DNA of 64,000 nucleotides from Bacteroidia bacterium (GTDB taxonomy: Bacteria; Bacteroidota; Bacteroidia; M30B66): assembly GCA_965279035.1 (NCBI GenBank), contig OZ257142.1, forward strand, positions 2,080,001 to 2,144,000, in the 5' to 3' direction. Each line of letters starts with the position of its first letter. Position 1 is the stretch's first letter. The notes beneath the pieces are model-generated. The model ran no database searches, was not told the DNA's origin, and saw only the letters and a program-made list of their open reading frames with translations. Shown in pieces: positions 10,391-21,203 of this stretch. Position numbers and translations under genes: made by a program.

Positions 10391-10517
10391 GTTGATTTTA
10401 GATCAATTTTGGTCGCTGCAAAAGTAGGATTTGAAAAGGAAAATGAAGGATACATTTGGAATCTAAGTTTTTCTGTATTTTAGGCACGTAAAACCAAACC
10501 AAAACACTGAACACCTA

Positions 10518-10823
10518 ATGGGAACCAAGTCTGATAAACCGTTGAAGAAACGCGACGATCTCAGCAACGAGTTTCAGCGCGCTACTCGTCTGAAACCATT
10601 GAATCCGAAAGAAAACAAAAATTGGCGAGCTAAGTATGATGAAGACTTAGACGACGATGATGATGATCTTGAAGAAGAGGACGACTTTGATGAAGTTGAG
10701 CCTGACGCGGATGAAAAAGAAGTAGAAGATGATGATTTTGATCTGGATGAAGATTTATCTGACCCAGATTTTGATGATGACGATGACGAAGAAGAGGAAT
10801 TCTTCGACGACTCTGATTTTTGA
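10518..10823 (+). CDS. Hypothetical protein with basic N-terminus and highly acidic tail
   Basis: 101-aa ORF with A-rich leader; 43 of the last 61 residues are D/E. Confidence 0.75.
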   Translation: MGTKSDKPLKKRDDLSNEFQRATRLKPLNPKENKNWRAKYDEDLDDDDDDLEEEDDFDEVEPDADEKEVEDDDFDLDEDLSDPDFDDDDDEEEEFFDDSDF

Positions 10824-10825
10824 TT

Positions 10826-11881
10826 TTAACCTTTGTAAACAGCACCTGATGATATTGGACGTAATGCTCCAGTAACAGAAGGAAGTGTGTTGGGTATTTC
10901 GAGTAATCTTAAGTATCCTAACAAAGCAAAAATCAAGGATTCTTTATTGTCAATTAAATCATTTTCAGGAAGCTCCACAGTACTAATACTGTGGAGCTTT
11001 ATTAGATTGATCAACCAGGTATTTCTAGCGCCACCTCCTGTAATGAGCGTCTTTCCTGGCATGTTCAATATCATTGAAATTTGATTTGCAAAGTGAGTTC
11101 CGAAGGTTGCTAATAAATCAGGAACATTATTTTTTTCGGAGTACTTAATCAATAATGGGGAAATTGTTTCATCAACCCATTCTGTCCCTAAACTTTTAGG
11201 TGATTGCATTTTGTAGTAATTCAGATTTTCGAGCTCATCCAATAATTCAGGAATAATATTTCCTGTCGAGGCTACTTTTCCCTGATCATCATATTCTGCT
11301 CCCAGTCTTCGTGCTAGTGCATTTAAAACAACATTCAATGCACAAATATCGAATGCCTTTCGAATGCCATTTTCTTTAAATGAAACATTCGCAAATCCCC
11401 CAAGATTCAGACAGAAATCATATTCACTAAATAATAATTCATCTCCGATTGGAACCAAAGGAGCACCTTGTCCATGAATACTTATATCTGATTGCCGAAA
11501 ATCACAAACAGTAGTCAACGATGTTAGTGCTGCGATTGTAGCGCCAGAGCCAATTTGTAATGTGTAACCTTGTTCAGGGCGATGGAAAACGGTATGCCCA
11601 TGCGAGGCAATAAAATCAGCGTTCCAATTTTTTCCTTCTTTAAAGGAATTAACTTGATTTGCAATCCAAATGGAAAAATCAATTTCAAGCTTTCGTAGTT
11701 CGGTTGATGAAAGTGAAGTTGAATGTAATAATCGATTTCTCCAATCACTTGAATAATGAATCGTGATTGAATCATGAATCTCATACTTTATCGAATTTCC
11801 TGTTTTATTGAAGGTTACAGCAATTAAATCAAGTCCATCAACGGATGTTCCCGACATAATTCCAATTCCAGTTTTAAACAT
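10826..11881 (-). CDS. anmK: Anhydro-N-acetylmuramic acid kinase
   Basis: GIMSGTSVDGLD, SHGHTVFHRP, GQGAPLVP, TGGGARN. Start placed at MFKTGIG. Confidence 0.95.
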   Translation of the reverse strand: MFKTGIGIMSGTSVDGLDLIAVTFNKTGNSIKYEIHDSITIHYSSDWRNRLLHSTSLSSTELRKLEIDFSIWIANQVNSFKEGKNWNADFIASHGHTVFHRPEQGYTLQIGSGATIAALTSLTTVCDFRQSDISIHGQGAPLVPIGDELLFSEYDFCLNLGGFANVSFKENGIRKAFDICALNVVLNALARRLGAEYDDQGKVASTGNIIPELLDELENLNYYKMQSPKSLGTEWVDETISPLLIKYSEKNNVPDLLATFGTHFANQISMILNMPGKTLITGGGARNTWLINLIKLHSISTVELPENDLIDNKESLIFALLGYLRLLEIPNTLPSVTGALRPISSGAVYKG

Positions 11882-11952
11882 TGATAATACTTCCATGTTT
11901 AGGGTGGCTTAATGATGAATTCATACTATTTTTGGCAACCAAACATCAATCG

Positions 11953-13092
11953 ATGAACATACAATTATCCGAAGAACATCTGATGATCCAAAAAGCTGCG
12001 AGGGATTTTGCGCAGAATGAATTAAAACCAGGGGTTATCGAACGAGATGAAAAACAACAATTTCCTGCTGAACAAATAAAAATGCTTGGTGAACTTGGTT
12101 TCATGGGCATGATGGTAGATCCCAAATATGGAGGAAGTGGAATGGATACCATTTCATACGTATTGGTGATGGAAGAACTTTCGAAAATTGATGCATCAGT
12201 TTCTGTAGCAGTTTCAGTGAATAATTCCTTGGTTTGTTGGGGCCTTGAAACCTATGGATCGGAAGAGCAAAAAATGAAATACCTCGTTCCACTTGCAAAA
12301 GGTGAAAAACTAGGTGCATTTTGCTTATCAGAGCCTGAAGCTGGTTCAGATGCAACATCACAAAGAACAACAGCCGAAGATAAAGGAGATTATTATTTAC
12401 TGAACGGTACAAAGAATTGGATTACCAACGGAAGTTCTGCTTCTACTTACATTGTTATTGCTCAAACCGATCCTGCTAAAGGTTCACGTGGAATCAATGC
12501 ATTTATTGTTGAGCGCGGAATGGAAGGATTTATCGTTGGAGCTAAAGAAAATAAATTAGGTATTCGTGGATCTGATACACATACCTTGCTTTTCAACGAT
12601 GTGAAAGTTCCAAAGGAAAACAGAATTGGCGAAGATGGATTCGGATTTAAGTTCGCAATGAAAACCCTTTCAGGTGGACGCATTGGAATTGCAGCACAAG
12701 CGTTAGGAATTGCATCAGGTGCTTATGAACTAGCATTAGCGTATTCAAAACAACGTTCAGCATTTGGGAAAGTAATTTCTCAACACCAAGCAATTCAATT
12801 TAAATTGGCGGATATGGCTACCGAAATTGAAGCTGCTCGTTTACTTGTTTTTAAAGCAGCTTGGGAAAAAGATCAGCATCTCGATTATACAACTTCGGGT
12901 GCGATGGCTAAATTATATGCATCAAAAGTCGCCATGGAAACAACCGTAGAAGCTGTTCAAATTCACGGTGGATATGGCTTCGTTAAAGAATACCATGTAG
13001 AACGTTTGATGCGTGATGCGAAAATCACTCAGATTTATGAAGGAACTTCCGAAGTGCAAAAAATCGTTATTGCAAGATCTGTTTTAAGTTAA
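11953..13092 (+). CDS. Acyl-CoA dehydrogenase (short/branched chain)
   Basis: FCLSEPEAGSDA, NGTKNWITNG, QIHGGYG, IYEGTSEVQ. Confidence 0.95.
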   Translation: MNIQLSEEHLMIQKAARDFAQNELKPGVIERDEKQQFPAEQIKMLGELGFMGMMVDPKYGGSGMDTISYVLVMEELSKIDASVSVAVSVNNSLVCWGLETYGSEEQKMKYLVPLAKGEKLGAFCLSEPEAGSDATSQRTTAEDKGDYYLLNGTKNWITNGSSASTYIVIAQTDPAKGSRGINAFIVERGMEGFIVGAKENKLGIRGSDTHTLLFNDVKVPKENRIGEDGFGFKFAMKTLSGGRIGIAAQALGIASGAYELALAYSKQRSAFGKVISQHQAIQFKLADMATEIEAARLLVFKAAWEKDQHLDYTTSGAMAKLYASKVAMETTVEAVQIHGGYGFVKEYHVERLMRDAKITQIYEGTSEVQKIVIARSVLS

Positions 13093-13114
13093 TGTACAAT
13101 CAAATTCATTCGTT

Positions 13115-13140
13115 AAGGGCTGGAATTCCAGCCCTTTTTT
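13115..13140. terminator. Intrinsic terminator between convergent genes
   Basis: AAGGGCTGGAATTCCAGCCCTTTTTT palindrome. Confidence 0.85.
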
Positions 13141-13141
13141 A

Positions 13142-14449
13142 TTAAAATAATGGCTGAAGAATTTCTAATTTGTTTGCTCTCGAACCTTTAATCAAAATAC
13201 TGGCATTTCGAATTGGATTTTTTTCAAACCACGCAAATGCTTCATCTGTTGTTTTAAATATACGTTCTGCTCCTGAAATATTTGCATTTAAATAGGATTC
13301 CCCAATAAGAAATACCTGATCAAAACCACTTTGAACTGCTAGTTTTCCTATTCTCTCATGTTCATAATCAGAACTGCTTCCTAATTCCATCATTTTCCCT
13401 AAAATAACCACTTTGTTTTTTTTATCCATTGATGAAAAATTTCGAATTGCAGCTTCAAGGCTAGTTGGATTCGCATTGTAAGCATCCATAATTAATGTAT
13501 TGGATGCTGTTTTAATTATTTGTGAACGATTATTATCGGGCGAATAAGACTGTATTGCTTCATTTATCTGTTCTTCTTCAACCCCCATATATACTCCAAT
13601 GGCTACTGAAGCTAAAATATTTTCATAATTGTATTTACCCATCAATTGGGTTTCAATAATACTTCTTTCAGAAAGTTCCGAATTCGCTTTTCCCCATTTG
13701 AATCGTATCATGGGATTAGAATCGATAAATTCTCCTCTCACATCATCATCATTCGAATCTCCAAAACGGAATTGTTTTATACCACTTGACTTTTCTTTAA
13801 ATACAGAATGCATCGTATTGATAAAAACAAGTCCACCATTCAATCTCAACCAATCATACAATTCAGTTTTGGTTTTGATTACACCTTCTGGTCCTCCCAT
13901 TCCTTCTAAATGGGCTAATCCAATATTGGTTATCAAACCCATTTGAGGTTCAGCAATTTCAACCAATTCACGAATGTCGCCAGGTTTACTTGCACCCATT
14001 TCAATAATGGCCACTTCCGTATCCGGTTTTAAACTTAACAATGTTAAAGGAACACCTATATGATTATTGAGATTTCCATGTGTTGCTTGAGTTTTATACT
14101 TCTTTGACAGAACATTTCTCACTAATTCCTTCGTCGTAGTCTTTCCATTACTTCCCGTTATTCCTATTACATGAACATTTAAATGTCTTCGATGATACGT
14201 TGCTAGGTTTTGTAAAGCAGTTAATGTATTCTCAACAAGTAAAAATTGTTCTCCGTTTTGATATGCAGGATCATCTATAACAGCAAAACTACATCCTCCT
14301 TCAATTGCTTGAGATGCAAAGGCGTTACCATTAAAACTTGGCCCACTTAAGGCAAAGAAAATACTTCCAGTTTCCAGTTTTCTAGTATCCGTACAAATGC
14401 TCGGATGCTTAAGGAATAGAGTATATAGTTGTTCAGTTGTGTATGTCAT
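13142..14449 (-). CDS. murF: UDP-N-acetylmuramoyl-tripeptide--D-alanyl-D-alanine ligase
   Basis: DTRKL, ITGSNGKTTTKE, NNHIGVP, DAYNANPTS, KGSR. Start at MTYTTEQ. Confidence 0.95.
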   Translation of the reverse strand: MTYTTEQLYTLFLKHPSICTDTRKLETGSIFFALSGPSFNGNAFASQAIEGGCSFAVIDDPAYQNGEQFLLVENTLTALQNLATYHRRHLNVHVIGITGSNGKTTTKELVRNVLSKKYKTQATHGNLNNHIGVPLTLLSLKPDTEVAIIEMGASKPGDIRELVEIAEPQMGLITNIGLAHLEGMGGPEGVIKTKTELYDWLRLNGGLVFINTMHSVFKEKSSGIKQFRFGDSNDDDVRGEFIDSNPMIRFKWGKANSELSERSIIETQLMGKYNYENILASVAIGVYMGVEEEQINEAIQSYSPDNNRSQIIKTASNTLIMDAYNANPTSLEAAIRNFSSMDKKNKVVILGKMMELGSSSDYEHERIGKLAVQSGFDQVFLIGESYLNANISGAERIFKTTDEAFAWFEKNPIRNASILIKGSRANKLEILQPLF

Positions 14450-14487
14450 AAAAAAAGAAACCCCGTAAATGTAAAATTTACGGGGTT
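14450..14487 (-). terminator. Terminator after gldJ, abutting the murF start codon
   Basis: Minus strand AACCCCGTAAAT-tttac-ATTTACGGGGTT-TCTTTTTTT-ATG. Confidence 0.75.
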
Positions 14488-14505
14488 GAAATCGATAATG
14501 AAATA

Positions 14506-16020
14506 TTATTTCTTCTTCCCTAATCCAATTGGACTTCCTACACGTGTCATTGCACAACGGAATCCAATATAATCAGTAGAAAGGCGCTCATCTAAGTAAC
14601 GACGTGTTCCAGAAGAAAGATAATAAGCACGATCTTTCCAAGAACCACCTTTGTATACTCGTGATCTATTATTAATCATCGAAGTCGCACCAAATTCATA
14701 CATGATCTTATCATCTTCAGCATCTTCAGAAGCGTATGATGTACTTGATTCACGATCACCATCCAAATAATTGATGTTATCTGATTTGCGATAGTTTCTA
14801 CGATCTGCACTTTCTTCTTCCGTTACATTACGGAATTTAACACGACCTAAAGAATCTTTATCAGCAATCGTTTTATCCTCATTTCGAACAACCGTTTTGT
14901 AGACGTTACCACGGAATGAATTGAAATCAGAAACATCTTCAGGAGTTAGTGGACGATACACATCCATTACCCATTCTGAAACATTACCAGCCATATTATA
15001 AAGACCATAATCATTCGGCCAATATGAACTCACTTCGTTTGTAATTGATGCATTATCATTCAATTTACCAGCAGTACCCATGTTATCTCCTCGGCCTCTT
15101 TTGAAGTTGGCCATCATCTCACCTTTAAAACTATCATCAGCATTACGAACAATATGCCCATTCCAAGGATATAGACGACGCTCAGTAATTAATTCTTCAG
15201 TTGTATTTCCAATCAGTCCGATAGCTGCATATTCCCATTCTGCTTCTGTTGGGAGACGGTAACGAGGCAATAAAATACCATCTTCCATTTTTACTTTACG
15301 TGTTGCTCCTTCACCTTTGCTTGGATCTAAGTCAACAGGATCGTTTTTAACAAGTCCTTCATATTGTCCAGCTAAATAAGCATCAGTATTAAAGTTGTTA
15401 TCAGCAACTTGACCAACAGCATCCATTTTTAAGACACCTTCACGAATCAAAATCGATTCATTTACTCGGTCGGTTCTCCAAGCACAATAATCGTTTGCTT
15501 GTAGCCAATTTACCCCAACAACTGGATAGTTTTGATAAGATGGGTGACGTAAATAGTATTCAACATAAGGCTCATTGAATGCTAATTTATCACGCCAAAC
15601 AAGTGTGTCAGGAGTTGCTTTTAAAGCCACATCTGGATAATCCACATCGTAGACACGCTTTAACCAATACAGGTAATCGCGGTAGAATTGATTCGTGATT
15701 TCTGTTTCATCCATATAAAAGGAAGAAACTGTTACTCGACGAGGCATGTTATCCCAATCATATTGGATTTCTTGCTCTGTTCGTCCCATGGTGAAAGTTC
15801 CACCTTCAATTAAAACTAGGCCTGGACCTGTTTCTTGTTCACCATAATCAACTTTGAGATAACCTCCATTTTTAGGATTGTTATATTCCCAACCAGTTGC
15901 ACTGGATGTGTCTTTGGAACAAGACTGAAAAGTTAGTCCTACCAAAGCTAGGATTCCCAAAGAAATTGACTTGCTGGTTTTAAACACCATTGTCGTTGTA
16001 TTTGGATGTAAGGATTTCAT
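14506..16020 (-). CDS. gldJ: Gliding motility lipoprotein GldJ
   Basis: Lipobox FQSC, TGWEYN, FGE-sulfatase motifs (RLPTEAEWEYAA, GNVSEW, GGSW, GFRC), and position next to murF and porU. The true start may be 15990. Confidence 0.9.
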   Translation of the reverse strand: MKSLHPNTTTMVFKTSKSISLGILALVGLTFQSCSKDTSSATGWEYNNPKNGGYLKVDYGEQETGPGLVLIEGGTFTMGRTEQEIQYDWDNMPRRVTVSSFYMDETEITNQFYRDYLYWLKRVYDVDYPDVALKATPDTLVWRDKLAFNEPYVEYYLRHPSYQNYPVVGVNWLQANDYCAWRTDRVNESILIREGVLKMDAVGQVADNNFNTDAYLAGQYEGLVKNDPVDLDPSKGEGATRKVKMEDGILLPRYRLPTEAEWEYAAIGLIGNTTEELITERRLYPWNGHIVRNADDSFKGEMMANFKRGRGDNMGTAGKLNDNASITNEVSSYWPNDYGLYNMAGNVSEWVMDVYRPLTPEDVSDFNSFRGNVYKTVVRNEDKTIADKDSLGRVKFRNVTEEESADRRNYRKSDNINYLDGDRESSTSYASEDAEDDKIMYEFGATSMINNRSRVYKGGSWKDRAYYLSSGTRRYLDERLSTDYIGFRCAMTRVGSPIGLGKKK

Positions 16021-16045
16021 GAAGAATGAAGCGGTACAAAGAAAA

Positions 16046-17014
16046 CTAAAAGGATGGACAATTTATTGTGCGATAACGTTTCTTTTTCGGTTTACAGTCT
16101 ATCTGCATTGAAAATGAAACTTCGTGTGCTCCCGCAGTAGCATTGGTTAATCGAGATACAGTTACGTCGTAACTATATCCAAATTTGAACAATCCTTGTT
16201 GTAAACCAACCAATACGATAAATGCATCTTTATTACGGTACCAAAGTCCAGCAATAAATGGAGATTTCTGGAAATACATTCCCAGATTTATTTGTCTAAA
16301 GTCTTGCTGTTGTTGAAATAATATGTTGGGTGAAATTTTAGCTGGATCGTTAAAACGAGTCTTACGAGCCAATGGAATAACTGCACCAGTATGTGCTGTA
16401 ATTTTCATTGGAAGGCGACTTGAAGGAACTAAAAAAGATTGATCTGGCTGAGTAATGTGATGCGCTGCAAAACCGATAAAGAATTTTTCACTATATCCAA
16501 TTACACCAGCGCTGAAATCAACAAAACTAACGGAATTAGGACCAAAAGTTTCTTGAGTTCCGTATATAAATCCGTAACGTGAATCAATCTGATCTCCAAA
16601 TGTTAATTTATTCCAATCCAATGTTCTTTGAGCATAAGTTGCTTGAAAGCCCGCTTTAATTGAGAAATTTCGAGTAACCTCTAAATGATAGGAATAAATC
16701 CCACTCACATTTAGAGTGTTTAAAGTACCTTCTCCAGCAACATCATTCGTTACTAAAAGCCCTAGACCTCCATTAATTCCATCAAAGTGCTGATCGTAAG
16801 AAGCACTATACGTGACAAAATTTCCTGGGATTGCAGGCCATTGGTTTCGATAATTCAATACAAATCGAGGACATCTTACCGATCCAGCAAAGGCAGGATT
16901 CAAGTATAATGGATTCGCATAGAATTGAGTAAACTGAGGGTCTTGAGCCCTAACCTCCTGCAATACAGCCGTGAGGAGCAATAACAATGGAAAAAACCTC
17001 TTCAACATCTTCAC
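16046..17014 (-). CDS. T9SS membrane protein PorP/SprF family
   Basis: AQDPQFTQFYANPLYLNPAFAG, NYRNQW, GYSYD, GAHEVS. Confidence 0.9.
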   Translation of the reverse strand: MKMLKRFFPLLLLLTAVLQEVRAQDPQFTQFYANPLYLNPAFAGSVRCPRFVLNYRNQWPAIPGNFVTYSASYDQHFDGINGGLGLLVTNDVAGEGTLNTLNVSGIYSYHLEVTRNFSIKAGFQATYAQRTLDWNKLTFGDQIDSRYGFIYGTQETFGPNSVSFVDFSAGVIGYSEKFFIGFAAHHITQPDQSFLVPSSRLPMKITAHTGAVIPLARKTRFNDPAKISPNILFQQQQDFRQINLGMYFQKSPFIAGLWYRNKDAFIVLVGLQQGLFKFGYSYDVTVSRLTNATAGAHEVSFSMQIDCKPKKKRYRTINCPSF

Positions 17015-17298
17015 GAATTTAGGTCAATTTAACGCTTTGTCCAAATAGGTGTTACAGCGGTATTATTTAAAAAGTATTACAATAATGTAAGAAACACCTC
17101 GTTTCTTGCCACGTGAGCAAATGTATAAGAAAATTCAAGTTTAAAAAACGTGTATTTGAATCTAAACTATACATTTCAATGTTAATTTCTTAAAATCCAC
17201 TCTTGTTTAATGTAATTGATTGTTCATCAACTTTGCAAAAATGCGTTTTGAACATGTCATTAAACTAAACTTTTTCCCTAATAGAAGTTCATTTCTCT

Positions 17299-20200
17299 AT
17301 GCAAAACCATTCAATTTCTTCTTTAAACGTAAAACTGAATTTCAGTATTGCCTTTTTTATTGTTTTAACTTCAGGACTAATAAAAGCTCAAAGTTTTATT
17401 CTTTCAAAAAGTATTAAATGGACAAATCCTACTGAAATTAAGATCTCACAGTATGATACCAAAAAGAATATTCATTTTGAAGGTGCACAATATGGAGGAG
17501 ATCAAAATGATTTACCTTATTTAAGTGAAGTCATTTCCATTGAGAAAAATAAAAGTGTTGATCAAGTTGAAATAGTAAATGCAACCTATATATCTCTGAC
17601 TAGTCAAGAATTGGTTTTAATTCCTCAAGGCTTCATACTAAATTCTTCTCCTGAAATTGTCTTTTCTACTGTCTATGATAGAAAGCATCCACATTTAGAA
17701 TATAGAATTTTGCCTTTTCGAAAATCGTCTAAAGGAATTGAAAAACTTATTTCTTTTGAACTAAATGTAACTCTCAAAGAGGGGAATTCAACATACTCAA
17801 GACCGAAATCAACTACAACGACTTCAGTACTTTCATCTGGAAATTGGTATAAAATAGGTGTTACAAATTCTGGAGTTTTCAAAATCTCAAAACAACTCCT
17901 CAGTACAATGGGAGTAAATACCTCTTTTGATCCCCGAAACTTTCGATTATATGGGAATGGTGGATCTATTCTTCCTGAACGAAACAATGTATTTTATCCA
18001 GATGATCTTGCTGAGAATGCAGTTTTTGTTCAAGGTGAACAAGATGGGATTTTTGATGATCAAGATTATGTGCTTTTTTATGCACGAGGCCCTGTAAGTT
18101 GGAATTATGACAATGTTAAAGGTGTGTATAGGCATACGAAGAATTTATATAGTGATACTGCTTGGTATTTTATTAATACAGATCAAGGATTAGGAAAAAG
18201 AATTTTACCTCAAGCTCAATCATCGGCTTCATCTACTCAAATAATAACCGAATTTGATGATTATGGTTTTGTCGAAAATGATGAAGAGAATTTTTTAAAA
18301 TCTGGAAGACGTTGGTTTGGAAATAAAATGGAAACAAGCACCTCGTTTTCTTTCAATTTGAATTTTCCAAATTCTACTTCTGGACCGCATAAAATCATAA
18401 GCAACCTTGTTGCTCGCAATACATCAGCTACCAATTTTGGTATTACGATTAACGGACAAGGATTTAATCAATCAGTAAATGCTTTAACAGGTGTTGGTTA
18501 CTTAGACACCTTTGCTAAGGAAAACGAAAGTGTCTTTTTGGTTAACGGTTCTATGTCTACATTAAATATGACTGTTACACGGCAAAACTCAAGTAGTATT
18601 GCATGGATTGATTATTTGATTTTTAACATTCGAAAGTCACTTGCATTTAATGGAACTCAAGTTTCATTTAGAGCTCAAGATGCAACCGGACTTGGTAATA
18701 TTGCTGATTATAGGATAAGTGGAGCTTCATCTAATTTAAAGGTTTGGGAGTTGACTAATAAATATGATATTAAAGATCAGTCATATACTTTAAATGGTTC
18801 TACAATTTCATTTATTCAATCAGCCGATTCTTTAAGAGAATATGTTGTTTTAAATCCTTCTGCTTCGTTTCCATCGCCTATCCCATTTGGAAGCGTGAAC
18901 AATCAAAATCTTCATGGAACAGCTCAAGTTGACATGATCATCATAGCACCAGCTCCATTTCTACCTGCAGCTGAAAATTTAGCCAATCACCATCGTGATC
19001 ATGATGGAATGACAGTCGTTGTTACTACTCCTAAACTTATTTATAATGAATTTTCTTCCGGAGCACAAGACATTGCTGCGATTCGGAATTTTGTAAAAAT
19101 GTTTTACAACAGAGCAACATCAACTGCAGAATTACCAAAATACTTGTTGTTGATGGGAGATGGTTCTTATGATCCTCGAAATCGCCTTGCAAATAATCAA
19201 AATTGGATTCCAACATACGAATCTTCAGAATCGTTGAACCCGATAGGTTCTTATTGTTCGGATGATTTTTTTGGATTTCTTGATCCAACCGAAGGAACGA
19301 ATATACAGTCTGTTGGAGCTGGTTTACTTGATATTGGTATAGGTCGTTTTCCAGTAAACAGTCTTGAAGAAGCAAATCAAATTTCAAATAAAGTAATTCA
19401 TTATGCTACTGATTTGGCTTGTATGAATGACTGGAGAAATATTGTTGCTTTTATTGCCGATGATGAAGATACAAACGATCATATTAATCAAGCAGAAAGT
19501 GTAAGTGCGTTGATTGAACAGAATTATCCTGTCTATAACATTGATAAATTTTATTTAGATGCTTATCAGCAAGAAAGTGGTGCAGGTGGACAACGATATC
19601 CTCAGGTGAATATCGACATTACAAACCGAGTAAACCGTGGTGCTCTGATGATGAATTATGCTGGACATGGAGGTGAGCAAAGTCTTGCATTAGAACGTGT
19701 TATAACTATTCCAGAAATACAAGCTTGGAATGGGTTTAATAATATGCCATTATTTATGACGGCTACTTGTGAGTTTAGTCGTTTTGATAATCCCGAATTT
19801 ACTTCTGCAGGAGAATATGTAATTCTTAATCCTTCTGGTGGTGGAATTGCATTATTCACAACTGTTCGACTTACCTTCAGTTCGTCTAATGCAAATCTGA
19901 ATCGTAATATAATGGATACAGTTTTTGCAACTCAAAATGGACAACATTTAAGATTGGGGGATATTTTACGAATAGGTAAAAATGCGCCAACTACAGGGTC
20001 ATCTTTTAATAATCGAAGTTTTGCATTATTAGGAGATCCAGCTTTAATGCTTGCTTTTCCAGCATATCGTGTAACTACAAATTCAATTAATGGTAATGTA
20101 AGTTCGTTATCAGATACCCTTTCAGCTTTGGATTTGGTAACAATTACTGGTTCTGTTACAGATATTAATGGAAATGTTCAAACCAATTTCAATGGTGTGG

Positions 20201-21144
20201 TTATACCAACAGTTTTTGATAAAAAAGCAACATATTACACACTTGGAAATGATCCTACTTCACCCATAAAACCATTTCAACTTCAAAAAAACGTTATTTT
20301 CAGAGGACCTGCTACCGTTACTAATGGAAATTTCACCTTCAGTTTTGTTGTTCCTCAAGACATTCAATTTAATTTTGGGACTGGAAAGATTAGTTATTAT
20401 GCTAGAAAGAATGGATCACTAGATGATGCTCATGGTTATAATAATGGAATTATAGTCGGCGGTTTTAGTGATAATCCAATAACAGATAACACAGGTCCAG
20501 AAATAAGAATCTATATGAATAATGAACAGTTTGTTTCGGGAGGAATGACTGATCAAAAGCCGGATATGTTAGCGTATGTTGAAGATCAAATTGGAATTAA
20601 TACTGTTGGAACTGGAATCGGTCATGATATAACAGCTATTCTGGATGGAAATACAAGCAATCCATTTATTTTAAATGACTATTATGAAGCAGATCAGGAC
20701 AATTTTAGAAAAGGAAAAATTAGATATCCTTTTAAAGATTTAACACCTGGAAAACATACATTAAGCCTTAAAGTATGGGATGTTGCAAATAATTCTTCAA
20801 CAGCTTCCATCGACTTTGTTGTTGTTAAATCGGAAGAACTTTCATTGGATCATGTTCTTAATTATCCCAATCCATTTACAACACATACTCAATTTTATTA
20901 TGAATACAATCAACCTGGAATACCAGTGAATGTTGATATTCAAATTTATACTGTTGCAGGAAGGTTGGTAAAATCGTTAAATACAACCCAAGTTAGTAAT
21001 GGTTATCGTTCCGAAGCCATTGTTTGGGATGGATTGGATGATTTTGGAGATAAGATAGGACGTGGTGTATATGTGTACCGATTACGCGTGAAAACACCTG
21101 ATGGAAAATCAGCCGAAAAAATTGAGAAACTTGTAATCCTATAA
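17299..21144 (+). CDS. porU: T9SS sortase PorU (C25 peptidase)
   Basis: NYAGHGG and TATCEFSRFD catalytic motifs, IGRFPV, C-terminal NYPNPF CTD; lies upstream of porV. Confidence 0.93.
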   Translation: MQNHSISSLNVKLNFSIAFFIVLTSGLIKAQSFILSKSIKWTNPTEIKISQYDTKKNIHFEGAQYGGDQNDLPYLSEVISIEKNKSVDQVEIVNATYISLTSQELVLIPQGFILNSSPEIVFSTVYDRKHPHLEYRILPFRKSSKGIEKLISFELNVTLKEGNSTYSRPKSTTTTSVLSSGNWYKIGVTNSGVFKISKQLLSTMGVNTSFDPRNFRLYGNGGSILPERNNVFYPDDLAENAVFVQGEQDGIFDDQDYVLFYARGPVSWNYDNVKGVYRHTKNLYSDTAWYFINTDQGLGKRILPQAQSSASSTQIITEFDDYGFVENDEENFLKSGRRWFGNKMETSTSFSFNLNFPNSTSGPHKIISNLVARNTSATNFGITINGQGFNQSVNALTGVGYLDTFAKENESVFLVNGSMSTLNMTVTRQNSSSIAWIDYLIFNIRKSLAFNGTQVSFRAQDATGLGNIADYRISGASSNLKVWELTNKYDIKDQSYTLNGSTISFIQSADSLREYVVLNPSASFPSPIPFGSVNNQNLHGTAQVDMIIIAPAPFLPAAENLANHHRDHDGMTVVVTTPKLIYNEFSSGAQDIAAIRNFVKMFYNRATSTAELPKYLLLMGDGSYDPRNRLANNQNWIPTYESSESLNPIGSYCSDDFFGFLDPTEGTNIQSVGAGLLDIGIGRFPVNSLEEANQISNKVIHYATDLACMNDWRNIVAFIADDEDTNDHINQAESVSALIEQNYPVYNIDKFYLDAYQQESGAGGQRYPQVNIDITNRVNRGALMMNYAGHGGEQSLALERVITIPEIQAWNGFNNMPLFMTATCEFSRFDNPEFTSAGEYVILNPSGGGIALFTTVRLTFSSSNANLNRNIMDTVFATQNGQHLRLGDILRIGKNAPTTGSSFNNRSFALLGDPALMLAFPAYRVTTNSINGNVSSLSDTLSALDLVTITGSVTDINGNVQTNFNGVVIPTVFDKKATYYTLGNDPTSPIKPFQLQKNVIFRGPATVTNGNFTFSFVVPQDIQFNFGTGKISYYARKNGSLDDAHGYNNGIIVGGFSDNPITDNTGPEIRIYMNNEQFVSGGMTDQKPDMLAYVEDQIGINTVGTGIGHDITAILDGNTSNPFILNDYYEADQDNFRKGKIRYPFKDLTPGKHTLSLKVWDVANNSSTASIDFVVVKSEELSLDHVLNYPNPFTTHTQFYYEYNQPGIPVNVDIQIYTVAGRLVKSLNTTQVSNGYRSEAIVWDGLDDFGDKIGRGVYVYRLRVKTPDGKSAEKIEKLVIL

Positions 21145-21203
21145 ATCGTACAAGACGCCATTGTTTTGAAATACTATATTTGACCCATATTTTGAAATTC
21201 ATA

